NCBI GenBank assembly: GCA_027023305.1
Contig: JALVVR010000017.1
Span: forward strand, 27,836 to 91,835
Origin: Campylobacterales bacterium
Lineage (GTDB): Bacteria > Campylobacterota > Campylobacteria > Campylobacterales > QNZT01
Direction of reading: 5' to 3'
DNA: 64,000 nucleotides
The position numbers and the translations under genes were made by a program. Every line of letters begins with the position of its first letter. Within the stretch, counting starts at the first letter, position 1. A model generated the notes under the pieces. It saw only the letters and a list, made by a program, of their open reading frames with translations, was not told where the DNA came from and did not search any database. Shown one piece after another: positions 28,373 through 40,834 of this stretch.

Positions 28373-28747
28373 ATGGGGATACCAAAACCAGCATTTTATA
28401 TATTTAAGTGTGAGCAGAGTTCACCTCCGGGGATGCCAAAACCTAGTTGTGTGAGAGAGGGAACACAAGATTTGTTTCAACATTTAGGAATGAAGCTTAT
28501 GGAAAAAGGACTTATAGCTACAGTTGTTCCAGTTAGAACAGCTTGTCTAAACAGATGTCAGCAAGGTCCAGTTATGTTAGTTGAGCCTGGACATTACATG
28601 TATGTAGAGCTTACTAAAGAAAAAATAGATAGAATAATAGACGAACATATTATTGGTGAAAAACCAGTTGCTGAGTATTTGATAAGTGATGAGTTTTGGG
28701 ATGAAGCTATTTCGCCAATGGAAGCTATGAAAATGGCTGGAAGATAA
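28373..28747 (+). CDS. Thioredoxin-like [2Fe-2S] ferredoxin domain protein
   Basis: FKCEQ..PSC...TACLNRCQQGP pattern. Confidence 0.75.
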   Translation: MGIPKPAFYIFKCEQSSPPGMPKPSCVREGTQDLFQHLGMKLMEKGLIATVVPVRTACLNRCQQGPVMLVEPGHYMYVELTKEKIDRIIDEHIIGEKPVAEYLISDEFWDEAISPMEAMKMAGR

Positions 28748-28763
28748 AACTTAAGGGAAGAGT

Positions 28764-29129
28764 ATGACAATCACGATGCTTTATAGCAAACTTCATCGTG
28801 CAACTGTTACAGATGCAAATCTAAACTATGTTGGTTCTATCACTATCGATAGAGATTTGCTTGATGCTGCAGGGCTTATAGTGGGTCAAAAAGTAGAAAT
28901 AGTAAACATCAACAACGGTGAGAGATTTGCAACCTATGTTATAGAGGGTGAGAGAGGCAAAAAAGATATGTGTCTAAATGGTGCAGCTGCTAGAAAAGCT
29001 GAGATTGGTGATAAAATCATAGTTATAGCTTATGCATCTATGAGCCAAGAAGAGGCAAAAACTTACAAACCAAAAGTAGTACTTTTAGGTGATGATAATA
29101 GTATAGATGAGATAAAAGATTATGTTTAA
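28764..29129 (+). CDS. panD: Aspartate 1-decarboxylase
   Basis: [25 protein letters not shown]. Confidence 0.95.
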   Translation: MTITMLYSKLHRATVTDANLNYVGSITIDRDLLDAAGLIVGQKVEIVNINNGERFATYVIEGERGKKDMCLNGAAARKAEIGDKIIVIAYASMSQEEAKTYKPKVVLLGDDNSIDEIKDYV

Positions 29130-29442
29130 AGATATGGATTTTTCTAAAATGGGCGAAATGCTCCAAAAAGTACAAGAAGAAGCTAAAAAATCAGAGGCGG
29201 AGAGTGAAGCAAAAACTTTTACAGCTAAAAGTGGTGGAGGACTTGTAAAAGTGAGTGCAAATGGAAAAGGTGAAGTTATAGATATAGAAATAGATGACTC
29301 ACTATTAGAGGATAAAGACTCTATGCAAATCCTACTCATCAGTGCTACAAATGATGTTTTAAAAATGATAGAGGAAGAGAAAAAACTACAAGCTACAAAT
29401 ATGCTTGGAAGTTTAGGTGGCTTAGGTGGATTTGGAAACTAA
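29122..29442 (+). CDS. YbaB/EbfC-family nucleoid-associated protein
   Basis: 106 aa. [22 protein letters not shown]. Confidence 0.85.
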   Translation: MFKDMDFSKMGEMLQKVQEEAKKSEAESEAKTFTAKSGGGLVKVSANGKGEVIDIEIDDSLLEDKDSMQILLISATNDVLKMIEEEKKLQATNMLGSLGGLGGFGN

Positions 29443-30283
29443 TCTTTTAAAAGAGTTTGAAGAGTTTTTACAAAACAATATACCTACAAAAAAGAGTTTT
29501 CATCCACACTTTGAAGTAGCGATGAAAAAGATGTTTTCTGCTGGTGGAAAAAGATTTCGGCCACTTTTGCTTTTAAGTGTTGTTCAAAACTATGAACCAC
29601 TTTTAGTAAAAAATGCTTTTTATCCTTCCCTTGCACTAGAGATGATTCATACATATTCACTCATTCATGACGACCTGCCTACCTTTGATGACTCACCACT
29701 TAGACGAGGAGTAGAGACTCTTCATGTAACTTATGATGAAGTAACAGCAACTTTGGTTGCAGATGCACTCAACACAGATGCCTTTTTGACTCTTTCAAAC
29801 TCTCCACTAAGTAGTGATACAGTTGTAAAACTTACACAAGAATTATCATATGGAGCAGGGGTCAATGGTATGGTTCTAGGTCAAGCACTAGATTGTTACT
29901 TTGAAAACCAAAAGCTCTCATTAGAACAACTTATGTTTATACATATTCATAAAACTGCTTATCTAATCTCTACTGCTTTAAAAATGGGGGCTATTATCTC
30001 AAATCTACCAAAACAAAAAGTTAATCTCTTTGGAGAGTTGGGATTAAAGATAGGACTTTTGTTTCAAGTTGTAGATGATCTGATAGATGCTACAAAAAGT
30101 AGTGATGAAGCAGGAAAGCCAACAAATAATGATACAAACAAAAACTCATACACAAATCTTCTTGGAGTAGAGGGTGCAAATCAAAAAAGAGATGAACTCA
30201 AAGAAGAGATAAAAGGGCTTTTAGATAAACTAGATGTTAATATGAAACAAAGATTACAAAAATTGATAGAAAAATACCTATAA
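29426..30283 (+). CDS. ispA: Polyprenyl (farnesyl/geranyl) diphosphate synthase
   Basis: GGKRFRP, SLIHDDLP and FQVVDDLID. The GTG start is uncertain. Confidence 0.88.
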   Translation: MDLETNLLKEFEEFLQNNIPTKKSFHPHFEVAMKKMFSAGGKRFRPLLLLSVVQNYEPLLVKNAFYPSLALEMIHTYSLIHDDLPTFDDSPLRRGVETLHVTYDEVTATLVADALNTDAFLTLSNSPLSSDTVVKLTQELSYGAGVNGMVLGQALDCYFENQKLSLEQLMFIHIHKTAYLISTALKMGAIISNLPKQKVNLFGELGLKIGLLFQVVDDLIDATKSSDEAGKPTNNDTNKNSYTNLLGVEGANQKRDELKEEIKGLLDKLDVNMKQRLQKLIEKYL

Positions 30284-30292
30284 GGAAGAGAG

Positions 30293-32275
30293 ATGATAAA
30301 CGAAGATTTACTACAAAGACAAGCTGATACTATAAGATTTTTAGCAGCAGATATGGTACAAGAGGCAAACAGTGGACACCCTGGAGCTCCTATGGGACTA
30401 GCTGATATAGTAACAGTTTTAAGCTATCACTTAAAACATAACCCAAAAAATCCTAAGTGGCTAAACAGAGATAGACTTGTTTTTAGTGGGGGTCATGCAA
30501 GTAGCCTTATTTACTCATACTATCATCTTTTAGGTTATGATATTTCGCTAGAGGATTTGAAAAACTTTAGAAAAGTAGGAAGCAAAACTCCTGGACACCC
30601 TGAATACAATGAAGTTCCTGGAGTAGAGATAACAACAGGACCACTAGGGCAGGGTGTAGCGAATGCAGTAGGATTTTCTCTAGCTTCAAAATACTCAGCA
30701 AATGTCCTAAACTCAGAGAGTGCAAAACTAATAGACCATAAAGTTTACTGCCTTTGTGGAGATGGAGATTTAGAAGAGGGTATAAGTTATGAAGCTTGTG
30801 CCTTAGCTGGACACAACAAACTAGATAACTTAGTTTTAATATATGATTCAAATAATATAACTATCGAAGGTGATACTAGTGTAGCTTGGAGTGAAGATGT
30901 AAAGTTAAGATTTGAAGCTCAAGGCTGGAAAGTATTTAGAATAGATGGTCATGATTACAATCAAATTGATTTAGTTTTCACACAAGTAAATGAAAAACAA
31001 GATAAACCAGTTTTAATCATAGCCCAAACTACCATAGCAAAAGGAAGTGCAAATCTTGAAGGAAGTCCTCATACTCATGGAGCACCTCTTGGAGAGGATG
31101 AGATAAGAGAGTCTAAAAAAAGAGCAGGGTTTAATCCTGATAAAAAGTTTTTTTTGCCAGATGATGTAAAAGAGCAGTTTTTAGAGGCAGTTTCAAAAGG
31201 TGAACATTTAGAAAAACAGTGGGGAAAACTACTTTTAGATCTACCACTAAAAGAACAAAATGAAGCTCTTATAGCCCTACTAAATCCAAATTTTGACAAA
31301 ATAGATTGGCCTTCTTTTGAAGAGGGAAGTGGAGTTGCCTCAAGAGATAGCAATGGAAAAATCCTAAATGCCATAGCAAAAGCAATCCCAGGTTTTGTCG
31401 GAGGAAGTGCAGATCTTGGACCATCAAATAAAACAGTCCTAAACAATATGGGTGATTTTCCAAACGGAAGAAATATGCACTTTGGAATAAGAGAACATGC
31501 CATGGGTGCTATTACAAATGCTATGAATCTATACGGAACCATGATGGTTTACAATGCAACTTTCTTTGTATTTAGTGACTACTTAAAACCAGCAGTAAGG
31601 ATAGCAGCTCTAAGTGGTATAAGAAACTTTTTTATATGGACTCATGATAGTATAGGAGTTGGAGAAGATGGACCAACTCACCAACCTATAGAGCAGTTAA
31701 GTCAGTTTAGAGCTATACCAAACTTTTATACTTTCCGTCCAGCAGATGCTACTGAAAATATAGAGTGCTGGAAGGTGGCTTTAAAACTAAATGCTCCTAG
31801 TGGATTTGTACTAAGCCGACAAAAACTTGATACTTTAAAAGACAAAAGAGACTTTGGAGAGGTAAGCCGTGGTGGATACTTAGTCAAAAAAAGAGATGGT
31901 GCAACAGTTACTCTCATAGCAAGTGGAAGTGAACTAATGCCTTGCTTGAAAGCTGCTTGTCATCTTGAAAAGGCAGGGATAAAGGCAAATGTAGCAAGTA
32001 TTCCATGTTATGAACTTTTTGATGAACAATCAAGTGAGTATAAACAAAATGTTATAAATCCAAATACAAAAGTTTTAGCAGTTGAAGCTTCTCGTGGACT
32101 AGAGTGGTACAAGTTTGCTGATGAAGTTTTAGGTATGCAAAGCTTTGGAGAGAGTGGAGATGCAAACATACTTTTTGAAAAGTTCGGATTTACTATAAAA
32201 GGTATAAAACAAAGAGTTTTCGATATGGTTGGAAAAGAGTATGTTGAGACTAAGATAAATGGATGTGAGATATAA
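30293..32275 (+). CDS. tkt: Transketolase
   Basis: 660 aa. SGHPGAPMG, GDGDLEEG and THDSIGVGEDGPTHQP. Confidence 0.96.
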   Translation: MINEDLLQRQADTIRFLAADMVQEANSGHPGAPMGLADIVTVLSYHLKHNPKNPKWLNRDRLVFSGGHASSLIYSYYHLLGYDISLEDLKNFRKVGSKTPGHPEYNEVPGVEITTGPLGQGVANAVGFSLASKYSANVLNSESAKLIDHKVYCLCGDGDLEEGISYEACALAGHNKLDNLVLIYDSNNITIEGDTSVAWSEDVKLRFEAQGWKVFRIDGHDYNQIDLVFTQVNEKQDKPVLIIAQTTIAKGSANLEGSPHTHGAPLGEDEIRESKKRAGFNPDKKFFLPDDVKEQFLEAVSKGEHLEKQWGKLLLDLPLKEQNEALIALLNPNFDKIDWPSFEEGSGVASRDSNGKILNAIAKAIPGFVGGSADLGPSNKTVLNNMGDFPNGRNMHFGIREHAMGAITNAMNLYGTMMVYNATFFVFSDYLKPAVRIAALSGIRNFFIWTHDSIGVGEDGPTHQPIEQLSQFRAIPNFYTFRPADATENIECWKVALKLNAPSGFVLSRQKLDTLKDKRDFGEVSRGGYLVKKRDGATVTLIASGSELMPCLKAACHLEKAGIKANVASIPCYELFDEQSSEYKQNVINPNTKVLAVEASRGLEWYKFADEVLGMQSFGESGDANILFEKFGFTIKGIKQRVFDMVGKEYVETKINGCEI

Positions 32276-32278
32276 ATC

Positions 32279-34786
<2,508 letters not shown>

Positions 34787-34788
34787 TC

Positions 34789-35325
34789 ATGAAAGTTTTT
34801 ATAGCACTGCTTTTTTTCATAAATCTTTATGCTAAGCAGGGAACTTTGATTTATTGTAACAAAATCTTTGAAGCTAGAAAAGATGAGCTTTTAACCCAGC
34901 TTGATGAGATTGATGAAAAAAGAGAAGAGTTTGAACTATACAAAGATAGTATGGTAAAAATATTGGATAAAAAAGAAAAATCCTTAAAAGAGACAAAAAA
35001 GAAGCTTTTGGATATGATGAAAAAAGTCGAACAGTTAAAAAAAGATGCTCAAAAGATTAAAATTGAAAATAAAAAAATACTAAAAAATATGAAAGTTGCT
35101 AAAAGTGATAAAATATCAAAAACTTACATGAAGATGAGAGATTCAAAAGCAGCTGCTATATTTGACACTATGGAAGTAGAAGATAGTGCTAGGATTTTAT
35201 TTGGTTTAAAAGCCTCTAAAATATCTAAAATAATGGCAAAGATGGATCCTGTAAAAGCCTCAGCTATAACAAAACTGATAGATAGTAATCAAGCCTTTGT
35301 AAAAGACAATAATCTTTCTAAGTAA
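34789..35325 (+). CDS. Flagellum-associated protein with an MgtE-N/MotE-like C-terminal domain
   Basis: N-terminal anchor, a coiled coil, then SKAAAIFDTMEVEDSARILFGLKASKISKIMAKMDPVKASAIT. Confidence 0.45.
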   Translation: MKVFIALLFFINLYAKQGTLIYCNKIFEARKDELLTQLDEIDEKREEFELYKDSMVKILDKKEKSLKETKKKLLDMMKKVEQLKKDAQKIKIENKKILKNMKVAKSDKISKTYMKMRDSKAAAIFDTMEVEDSARILFGLKASKISKIMAKMDPVKASAITKLIDSNQAFVKDNNLSK

Positions 35326-35366
35326 AAATTTGTTAATATAAAACAAAAAAGTAAAGGATTCTTATC

Positions 35367-35918
35367 ATGAAGATTCCAGTTCCTCATGCACCATATATTG
35401 CGAATAAAGTTGCGATAGATTTGTTAAACTCAAAACTTGTTACATTTTCTCGTGGCTTAGAAGAAGCAAAAAAAATCATAACAGAAGTAATAACAGAAGA
35501 TTTAGAAAAAGAGAGAAAACTTGAGGCTAAAGTTGCTGATATATTAGACGAAAACGAAGACAACATGGAGTTTATGCAAGTAGATAGACGAAGTATGTTT
35601 TGGATGATAAAAAAGAAGATGGCAAAAGATTATGATTTGCTTTTAAATTATGAAGATAGATTTAGTGAACTTTCTCATGTTGTGATGGATAGACTCTGGC
35701 AAGAGGACTTGATGGATTACACCGTTAATGAAAATAGTATTAAAAATATCATCTATGATGCTATTGACAGTTATAAAGAGAGTTTTGAAGAAGTAGAAAA
35801 AAATGTCTATGAGAAGATAGGCAACATGAAAAGAAAACTTATTCCTGGTACTGATGAGTATGAAGTTGTTTTTGAAAAACTATATCGTGAAGAGTTGAAG
35901 AAAAAAGGTATGTTTTGA
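35367..35918 (+). CDS. DUF507-family protein
   Basis: The N-terminus PHAPYIANKVAIDLLNS and MQVDRRSMFWMIKKK resemble DUF507. Called by recall. Confidence 0.5.
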   Translation: MKIPVPHAPYIANKVAIDLLNSKLVTFSRGLEEAKKIITEVITEDLEKERKLEAKVADILDENEDNMEFMQVDRRSMFWMIKKKMAKDYDLLLNYEDRFSELSHVVMDRLWQEDLMDYTVNENSIKNIIYDAIDSYKESFEEVEKNVYEKIGNMKRKLIPGTDEYEVVFEKLYREELKKKGMF

Positions 35919-37048
35919 TGAGTGAATTAAAAGATATTTGGATTTATCTTGAAGATGGTACTTTTTTAAAAGCTAAAAGTTTTGGTTCATCTGGCACAAA
36001 AGTGGGAGAGGTAGTTTTTAACACTTCTATGAGTGGTTATCAAGAAATCATGAGTGATCCTAGTTATGCAGGACAGTTTGTGGTATTTACTATGCCAGAG
36101 ATTGGAAATGTTGGTTGTAATGATGACGATATGGAAAGCAGTGATGTTTATGCAAGTGGCATGATTGTTAGAAATTATCAAGATAGATACTCTAACTTTA
36201 GGGGCAAAAAAAGCTTAAAGGAGTTTTTAACTTCTCATGATAGCTTAGGTATTTGCAATATAGATACAAGATTTTTAACAAAACACATAAGAGACAATGG
36301 CTCACAAATGATGATAGCTTCAACAAAAGTTAGTAACAAAGATGAACTAAAAAAACTTTTAGCAAACTCACCAAGGATAGAAGAAGTTAACTATATCAAA
36401 GAGGTAACAACAAAAGAAGTTTACGAGCATGAAAGTGGAGCTTGGGATGCGATAAATCAAAAGTATGCTTCACCATTAAAACTAGGAAAAAAAGTAGTAG
36501 TGATTGACTTTGGTGTAAAGAGAAATATCCTAAATGAACTTTCAGAAGTAGGATTTACGGTAGAAGTAATACCAGCTAACTTTGATGAAGATGAGTTAAT
36601 CCAAAGATATAATAAAAATCAAATCCAAGCAGTTTTTCTAAGTAACGGTCCAGGAGACCCCCTTATCTTAAAAGAAGAGTCTCAAAAAGTAAAAAAACTT
36701 ATAGAGGCTAAAATCCCTATGTTTGCTATTTGTTTAGGACATCAGCTACTTTCTATATCTCATGGATATGATACTTATAAACTAAAGTTTGGTCATCATG
36801 GTGGAAATCATCCTGTAAAAAATGAAGCTGGAGGCTTTGTAGAGATAACACCTCAAAATCATAACTATAATGTTCCAGACTCTATTATAGAGATAGCAGA
36901 AGTTACTCACAAAAATCTTTTTGATAATACGATAGAGGGCTTAAAATATAAAAATTCCCCAATTTTCTCAGTACAACACCACCCAGAAGCAAGTCCAGGT
37001 TCTCATGATAGTAAATATATCTTCAAAGACTTCATAAAAAATATTTAA
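35915..37048 (+). CDS. carA: Carbamoyl-phosphate synthase small subunit
   Basis: FNTSMSGYQEI, ICLGHQLL and HHPE. Confidence 0.96.
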   Translation: MMSELKDIWIYLEDGTFLKAKSFGSSGTKVGEVVFNTSMSGYQEIMSDPSYAGQFVVFTMPEIGNVGCNDDDMESSDVYASGMIVRNYQDRYSNFRGKKSLKEFLTSHDSLGICNIDTRFLTKHIRDNGSQMMIASTKVSNKDELKKLLANSPRIEEVNYIKEVTTKEVYEHESGAWDAINQKYASPLKLGKKVVVIDFGVKRNILNELSEVGFTVEVIPANFDEDELIQRYNKNQIQAVFLSNGPGDPLILKEESQKVKKLIEAKIPMFAICLGHQLLSISHGYDTYKLKFGHHGGNHPVKNEAGGFVEITPQNHNYNVPDSIIEIAEVTHKNLFDNTIEGLKYKNSPIFSVQHHPEASPGSHDSKYIFKDFIKNI

Positions 37049-37097
37049 AAAAACTAATCAAAAGAGCCTTTAACAAAGGTCTCTTTTACAAAAAAAG

Positions 37098-37140
37098 AAA
37101 AAATGCAATGAGTCTTTTAAAAGACTTCATTGCATTTTTT
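37098..37140 (+). terminator. Rho-independent terminator after carA
   Basis: AAAAAATGCAATGAGTCTTTT / AAAAGACTTCATTGCATTTTTT: a long stem with one bulge and a T-run. A second, weaker hairpin sits at ~37064-37088. Confidence 0.75.
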
Positions 37141-37159
37141 CCAAAACAAAACAACAGAT

Positions 37160-37242
37160 ATTGTTAATAAATTGTTAATTTTTAAGTTTAAATTATGAAA
37201 ATTGTTATATAATTGTATGTTCCATGTGACATATATGTGACA
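37160..37242 (+). promoter_or_regulatory. Helically phased direct repeats upstream of ccoN
   Basis: ATTGTTAAT at 37160 and 37171. ATTGTTAT and ATTGTAT at 37201 and 37212. ATGTGACA at 37224 and 37235. Each pair has an 11-bp period. Confidence 0.4.
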
Positions 37243-37265
37243 CAAAAAATTTTAAGGAGGTTTTA

Positions 37266-38732
37266 ATGCAATCACACAATGCATTAGAGTATGATTATAC
37301 AATAGCAAAATGGTACACATTTTTGGCTATAGTATTGGGTATAGTAGGTATGACAATAGGTGTATTTATAGCTTTTGAGCTAGCATTTCCAGAGTTAAAT
37401 AACCTGCTTGGTGAGTATGGTACATTTGGTAGATTAAGACCACTACATACTGATACAGTTGCTTTTGGTTTTACACTAAGTGGTATTTTAGCGACTTGGT
37501 ATTATGCAGGACAAAGAATCCTAAAAGTATCAAATGCTGAGTCTAAGTTTTTAGTAATTATATCAAAATTACAACTTGCTACATATATACTTGTAGTTAT
37601 TTTAGCTGTTTATTCACTTTTGATGGGTATCACAACTTCAAAAGAGTATGCAGAGTTTGAGTGGCCAATAGATCTTCTAGTAGTAATTAGTTGGGTTTTA
37701 TTTGGTATTCATCTTTTTGGTATGATAGGTATAAGAAGAGAAAAATATCTATATATTTCTATGTGGTATTACATCGCTACATTTGTAGCAATAGCTATGC
37801 TGTATCTATTTAATAACATGGAAGTTCCTACATACTTTGTTTCTGGTGGTATAGGTTCTATTTGGAAGTCAGTATCTATGTATGCAGGTACAAATGATGC
37901 TATGGTACAATGGTGGTATGGGCATAATGCAGTTGCATTTGTTTTCACAACTCCTATTATTGCTATAATTTATTACTTCTTACCAAAAGAATCAGGTCAA
38001 CCAGTTTACTCATATAAACTTTCTATAGCAGCTTTCTGGGGATTGATGTTTGTTTATCTTTGGGCTGGAAGTCACCACCTTGTTTATTCAACAGTTCCTG
38101 ATTGGATGCAAACTTTAGGTGTTATCTTCTCAATTGTACTTATTTTACCATCTTGGGGATCAGCTATCAATATGCTTTTAACTATGAAAGGTGAGTGGGG
38201 ACAACTTCAAAGTAATCCTATTATCAAATTTTTGATTTTGGCTTCAACTTTCTATATGTTCTCAACACTAGAAGGACCAATCCAATCAATCAAATCTGTA
38301 AATGCGATAGCTCACTTTACTGACTGGATTCCAGGACATGTTCATGATGGTACTCTTGGATGGGTTGGATTTATGATTATTGCTTCAGTCTTTCATATGG
38401 TGCCAAGAATGTACAAAAGAGAGATTTATAGCAAATCATTGATAGAGAGTCAATTCTGGATTCAAACTACAGGTATTGTTCTTTACTTTAGTAGTATGTG
38501 GATTGCAGGAATTACTCAAGGTATGATGTGGAGAGCAACTGACCAATACGGAAATCTTGCTTATTCATTTATAGATACAGTTACAGTGTTACATCCTTAT
38601 TACACTATTAGAGGAGTTGGTGGACTTTTTTATCTAATAGGTGTATTTATGTGGGGATATAACATATACAAAACAGCAACAGCTGGAAAAGTGTTAGAGA
38701 GAGAACCTCAAAACGCTACACCAATGGCATAA
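37266..38732 (+). CDS. ccoN: cbb3-type cytochrome c oxidase subunit I
   Basis: 488-aa polytopic protein with His ligands; operon context. Confidence 0.96.
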   Translation: MQSHNALEYDYTIAKWYTFLAIVLGIVGMTIGVFIAFELAFPELNNLLGEYGTFGRLRPLHTDTVAFGFTLSGILATWYYAGQRILKVSNAESKFLVIISKLQLATYILVVILAVYSLLMGITTSKEYAEFEWPIDLLVVISWVLFGIHLFGMIGIRREKYLYISMWYYIATFVAIAMLYLFNNMEVPTYFVSGGIGSIWKSVSMYAGTNDAMVQWWYGHNAVAFVFTTPIIAIIYYFLPKESGQPVYSYKLSIAAFWGLMFVYLWAGSHHLVYSTVPDWMQTLGVIFSIVLILPSWGSAINMLLTMKGEWGQLQSNPIIKFLILASTFYMFSTLEGPIQSIKSVNAIAHFTDWIPGHVHDGTLGWVGFMIIASVFHMVPRMYKREIYSKSLIESQFWIQTTGIVLYFSSMWIAGITQGMMWRATDQYGNLAYSFIDTVTVLHPYYTIRGVGGLFYLIGVFMWGYNIYKTATAGKVLEREPQNATPMA

Positions 38733-38745
38733 GGGAGGATAAGTT

Positions 38746-39411
38746 ATGTTTCATTTTTTAGAAAGAAATCCATTTTTGTTCACAGTAGTACTTTTTATAA
38801 CAGTCGCTTTTGCGGGTATTATAGAAATACTTCCTGATTTTGCTAAACAAGCAAGACCGATAGTCGGTAAAAAACCATATACTGTTTTGCAAATTGCAGG
38901 AAGACAAGTTTATATACACGATAGTTGTAATGCTTGTCACTCTCAACTTATTCGTCCATTTAAATCAGAAACTGATAGATATGGACATTATAGTGTAAGT
39001 GGTGAGTATGCTTATGATAGACCATTCCTTTGGGGTTCAAAAAGAACAGGACCAGATCTTCATAGAGTTGGTAACTATAGAACAACTGATTGGCACGAAA
39101 ATCATATGTGGGAGCCTACAAGTGTTGTTCCCGGATCTATTATGCCATCATACAAACATATGTTTACAAACTTAGCTGATATAGACACTGCTTATGCAGA
39201 AGCTTTTACTGTTAAAAAAGTTTTCAATGTTCCTTATGATAAAGCAGGTATGCCAAAACTAGGAAGCTTGTCTGATGCAAAAGCAGAAGCTCTAGTAGAA
39301 GCTAAAAAAATAGCTGCCAATATGAAAAATAAAAATGTTAAAGATGCAGTTGCTAATGGTAAAATACCTCAAATAGTGGCATTAATAGCATATTTAAATA
39401 GTTTAAAATAA
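38746..39411 (+). CDS. ccoO: cbb3-type cytochrome c oxidase subunit II (monohaem)
   Basis: CNACHS motif; position. Confidence 0.95.
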   Translation: MFHFLERNPFLFTVVLFITVAFAGIIEILPDFAKQARPIVGKKPYTVLQIAGRQVYIHDSCNACHSQLIRPFKSETDRYGHYSVSGEYAYDRPFLWGSKRTGPDLHRVGNYRTTDWHENHMWEPTSVVPGSIMPSYKHMFTNLADIDTAYAEAFTVKKVFNVPYDKAGMPKLGSLSDAKAEALVEAKKIAANMKNKNVKDAVANGKIPQIVALIAYLNSLK

Positions 39412-39421
39412 AGGTATAAAA

Positions 39422-39664
39422 ATGGAGTTTGATTTACAAGAATTAGAGGTATATATTTTTTTGATTCTTTCTGCTGTGATTACTTTTATATTTTATTATT
39501 ATATATATTATATATATGATAATGAAAAAAAAGGGATTAATGACTATGAAAAATATTCAAATATTGTACTTGATGATGAAGTGACATCAACTCCAGTAGA
39601 AAAGCTTACTGCAAAAGAGAAGTGGAAGCTAGAAAAAAAGAAAAATAAAGGAGATAAAGCATGA
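39422..39664 (+). CDS. ccoQ: cbb3-type oxidase subunit CcoQ
   Basis: 80 aa, single TM; position between ccoO and ccoP. Confidence 0.8.
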   Translation: MEFDLQELEVYIFLILSAVITFIFYYYIYYIYDNEKKGINDYEKYSNIVLDDEVTSTPVEKLTAKEKWKLEKKKNKGDKA

Positions 39665-40482
39665 AGATAAATCTTTCAACAGATGTTGTTAATCAGCTTA
39701 CTTTAGTTGGTGCTGCTGCTATCATTATCTTGACAGTTGTTGTTGCTGGTAAATATATCAAGCAAATAAAAAATGATACTGCTAGTGGTGAACTTTCTGA
39801 AGAAAATTGGGATGGTATAGGTGAGTATAAAAATTCACTACCATTAGGATGGGCTCTAAGTTATGTAGGAACTATGATTTGGGCTATTTGGTATTGGTTG
39901 TTTTCACCGTATGCAGTAAATGCATACTCTCAAATAGGTGAGTATAATCAAGAAGTAAAACAATACAATGCAACTTTCGAGAAAAAGTGGGCTAATCCAT
40001 CAGCTGATACTTTGATGGGTATGGGAGAAGGTTTTTACCTTGTAAACTGTGCACCTTGTCATGGTATAGCAGGAGATGGTATAGATGGTAAAGCTCAAGG
40101 TTTTGATAAAAGGATGACAAAAGCTCAGGTTTTAACTGTTATCAAAAATGGTCAAAATCAACTTCACTATGCAATGGGACCTATGCCAGCAGGTATGGCA
40201 AGTGGTGCTGATGCAGATGCAATCGCAACTTGGATAGCTGGTGGTATGAAAGGTGAACAACCTAAAGCATTTGCTACATGTGCTGGATGTCATGGAGCAG
40301 ATGGTAAAGGAAATGGTGGAACTGCACCAAATCTAGCTGAATATGGAAATGTGTTAGTTAAACATGTTCTTGAAAATGGTAAAAAAGGTTCTATTGGAAC
40401 TATGCCATCATTTAAAGGTAGATTTACTGATGTTCAAAAAAAAGCTGTAGCGACTTATTTAAGATCGCTTCAAGAAAAGTAA
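39661..40482 (+). CDS. ccoP: cbb3-type cytochrome c oxidase subunit III (dihaem)
   Basis: CAPCHG and CAGCHG. Confidence 0.94.
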   Translation: MKINLSTDVVNQLTLVGAAAIIILTVVVAGKYIKQIKNDTASGELSEENWDGIGEYKNSLPLGWALSYVGTMIWAIWYWLFSPYAVNAYSQIGEYNQEVKQYNATFEKKWANPSADTLMGMGEGFYLVNCAPCHGIAGDGIDGKAQGFDKRMTKAQVLTVIKNGQNQLHYAMGPMPAGMASGADADAIATWIAGGMKGEQPKAFATCAGCHGADGKGNGGTAPNLAEYGNVLVKHVLENGKKGSIGTMPSFKGRFTDVQKKAVATYLRSLQEK

Positions 40483-40492
40483 GGAGTAAGAC

Positions 40493-40714
40493 ATGGCTGA
40501 AAATACAACAAGAAGACTATGTTTTAACATAAATGGACTTTTAGGTGGAATAATAGCAACAGTGCTGTTACTTAGTATTTTAGGTGTTTTTACTTATCTT
40601 GCTATAGGAGTACAGGCTGGCAATGCAACTACATACTATAAACTTGTAGATGAGCAAAATATTCCTATGACTTCGACAGATACTATGGCGAAGCACTACA
40701 AAATAGTTAAGTAA
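40493..40714 (+). CDS. Small membrane protein (DUF4006-like) downstream of ccoP
   Basis: 73 aa, one TM, AAGGAG SD. Its position matches Campylobacter cco clusters. Confidence 0.55.
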   Translation: MAENTTRRLCFNINGLLGGIIATVLLLSILGVFTYLAIGVQAGNATTYYKLVDEQNIPMTSTDTMAKHYKIVK

Positions 40715-40724
40715 GGAGTAAGAT

Positions 40725-40829
40725 ATGGCAGATGCATTATTATATGTTACAGGATTAAGTTTAGTTGCTATGGCAGCTTTAACAGCTTGGATTGTTACTA
40801 CTCCAGGTATGCACCTTTATATAGGTTAA
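40725..40829 (+). CDS. 34-aa single-TM micro-protein (not in the ORF track)
   Basis: MADALLYVTGLSLVAMAALTAWIVTTPGMHLYIG*. Preceded by GTAAGGAGTAAGA, the same SD block as the preceding gene. Confidence 0.5.
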   Translation: MADALLYVTGLSLVAMAALTAWIVTTPGMHLYIG

Positions 40830-40834
40830 TAAGG

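Noticed and set aside
40787-40834. The 5' extension of the 223-aa track ORF.
   Set aside because: It would overlap the SD-preceded micro-ORF, and it encodes no signal-like sequence. GTG 40835 gives a sensible signal/anchor N-terminus.
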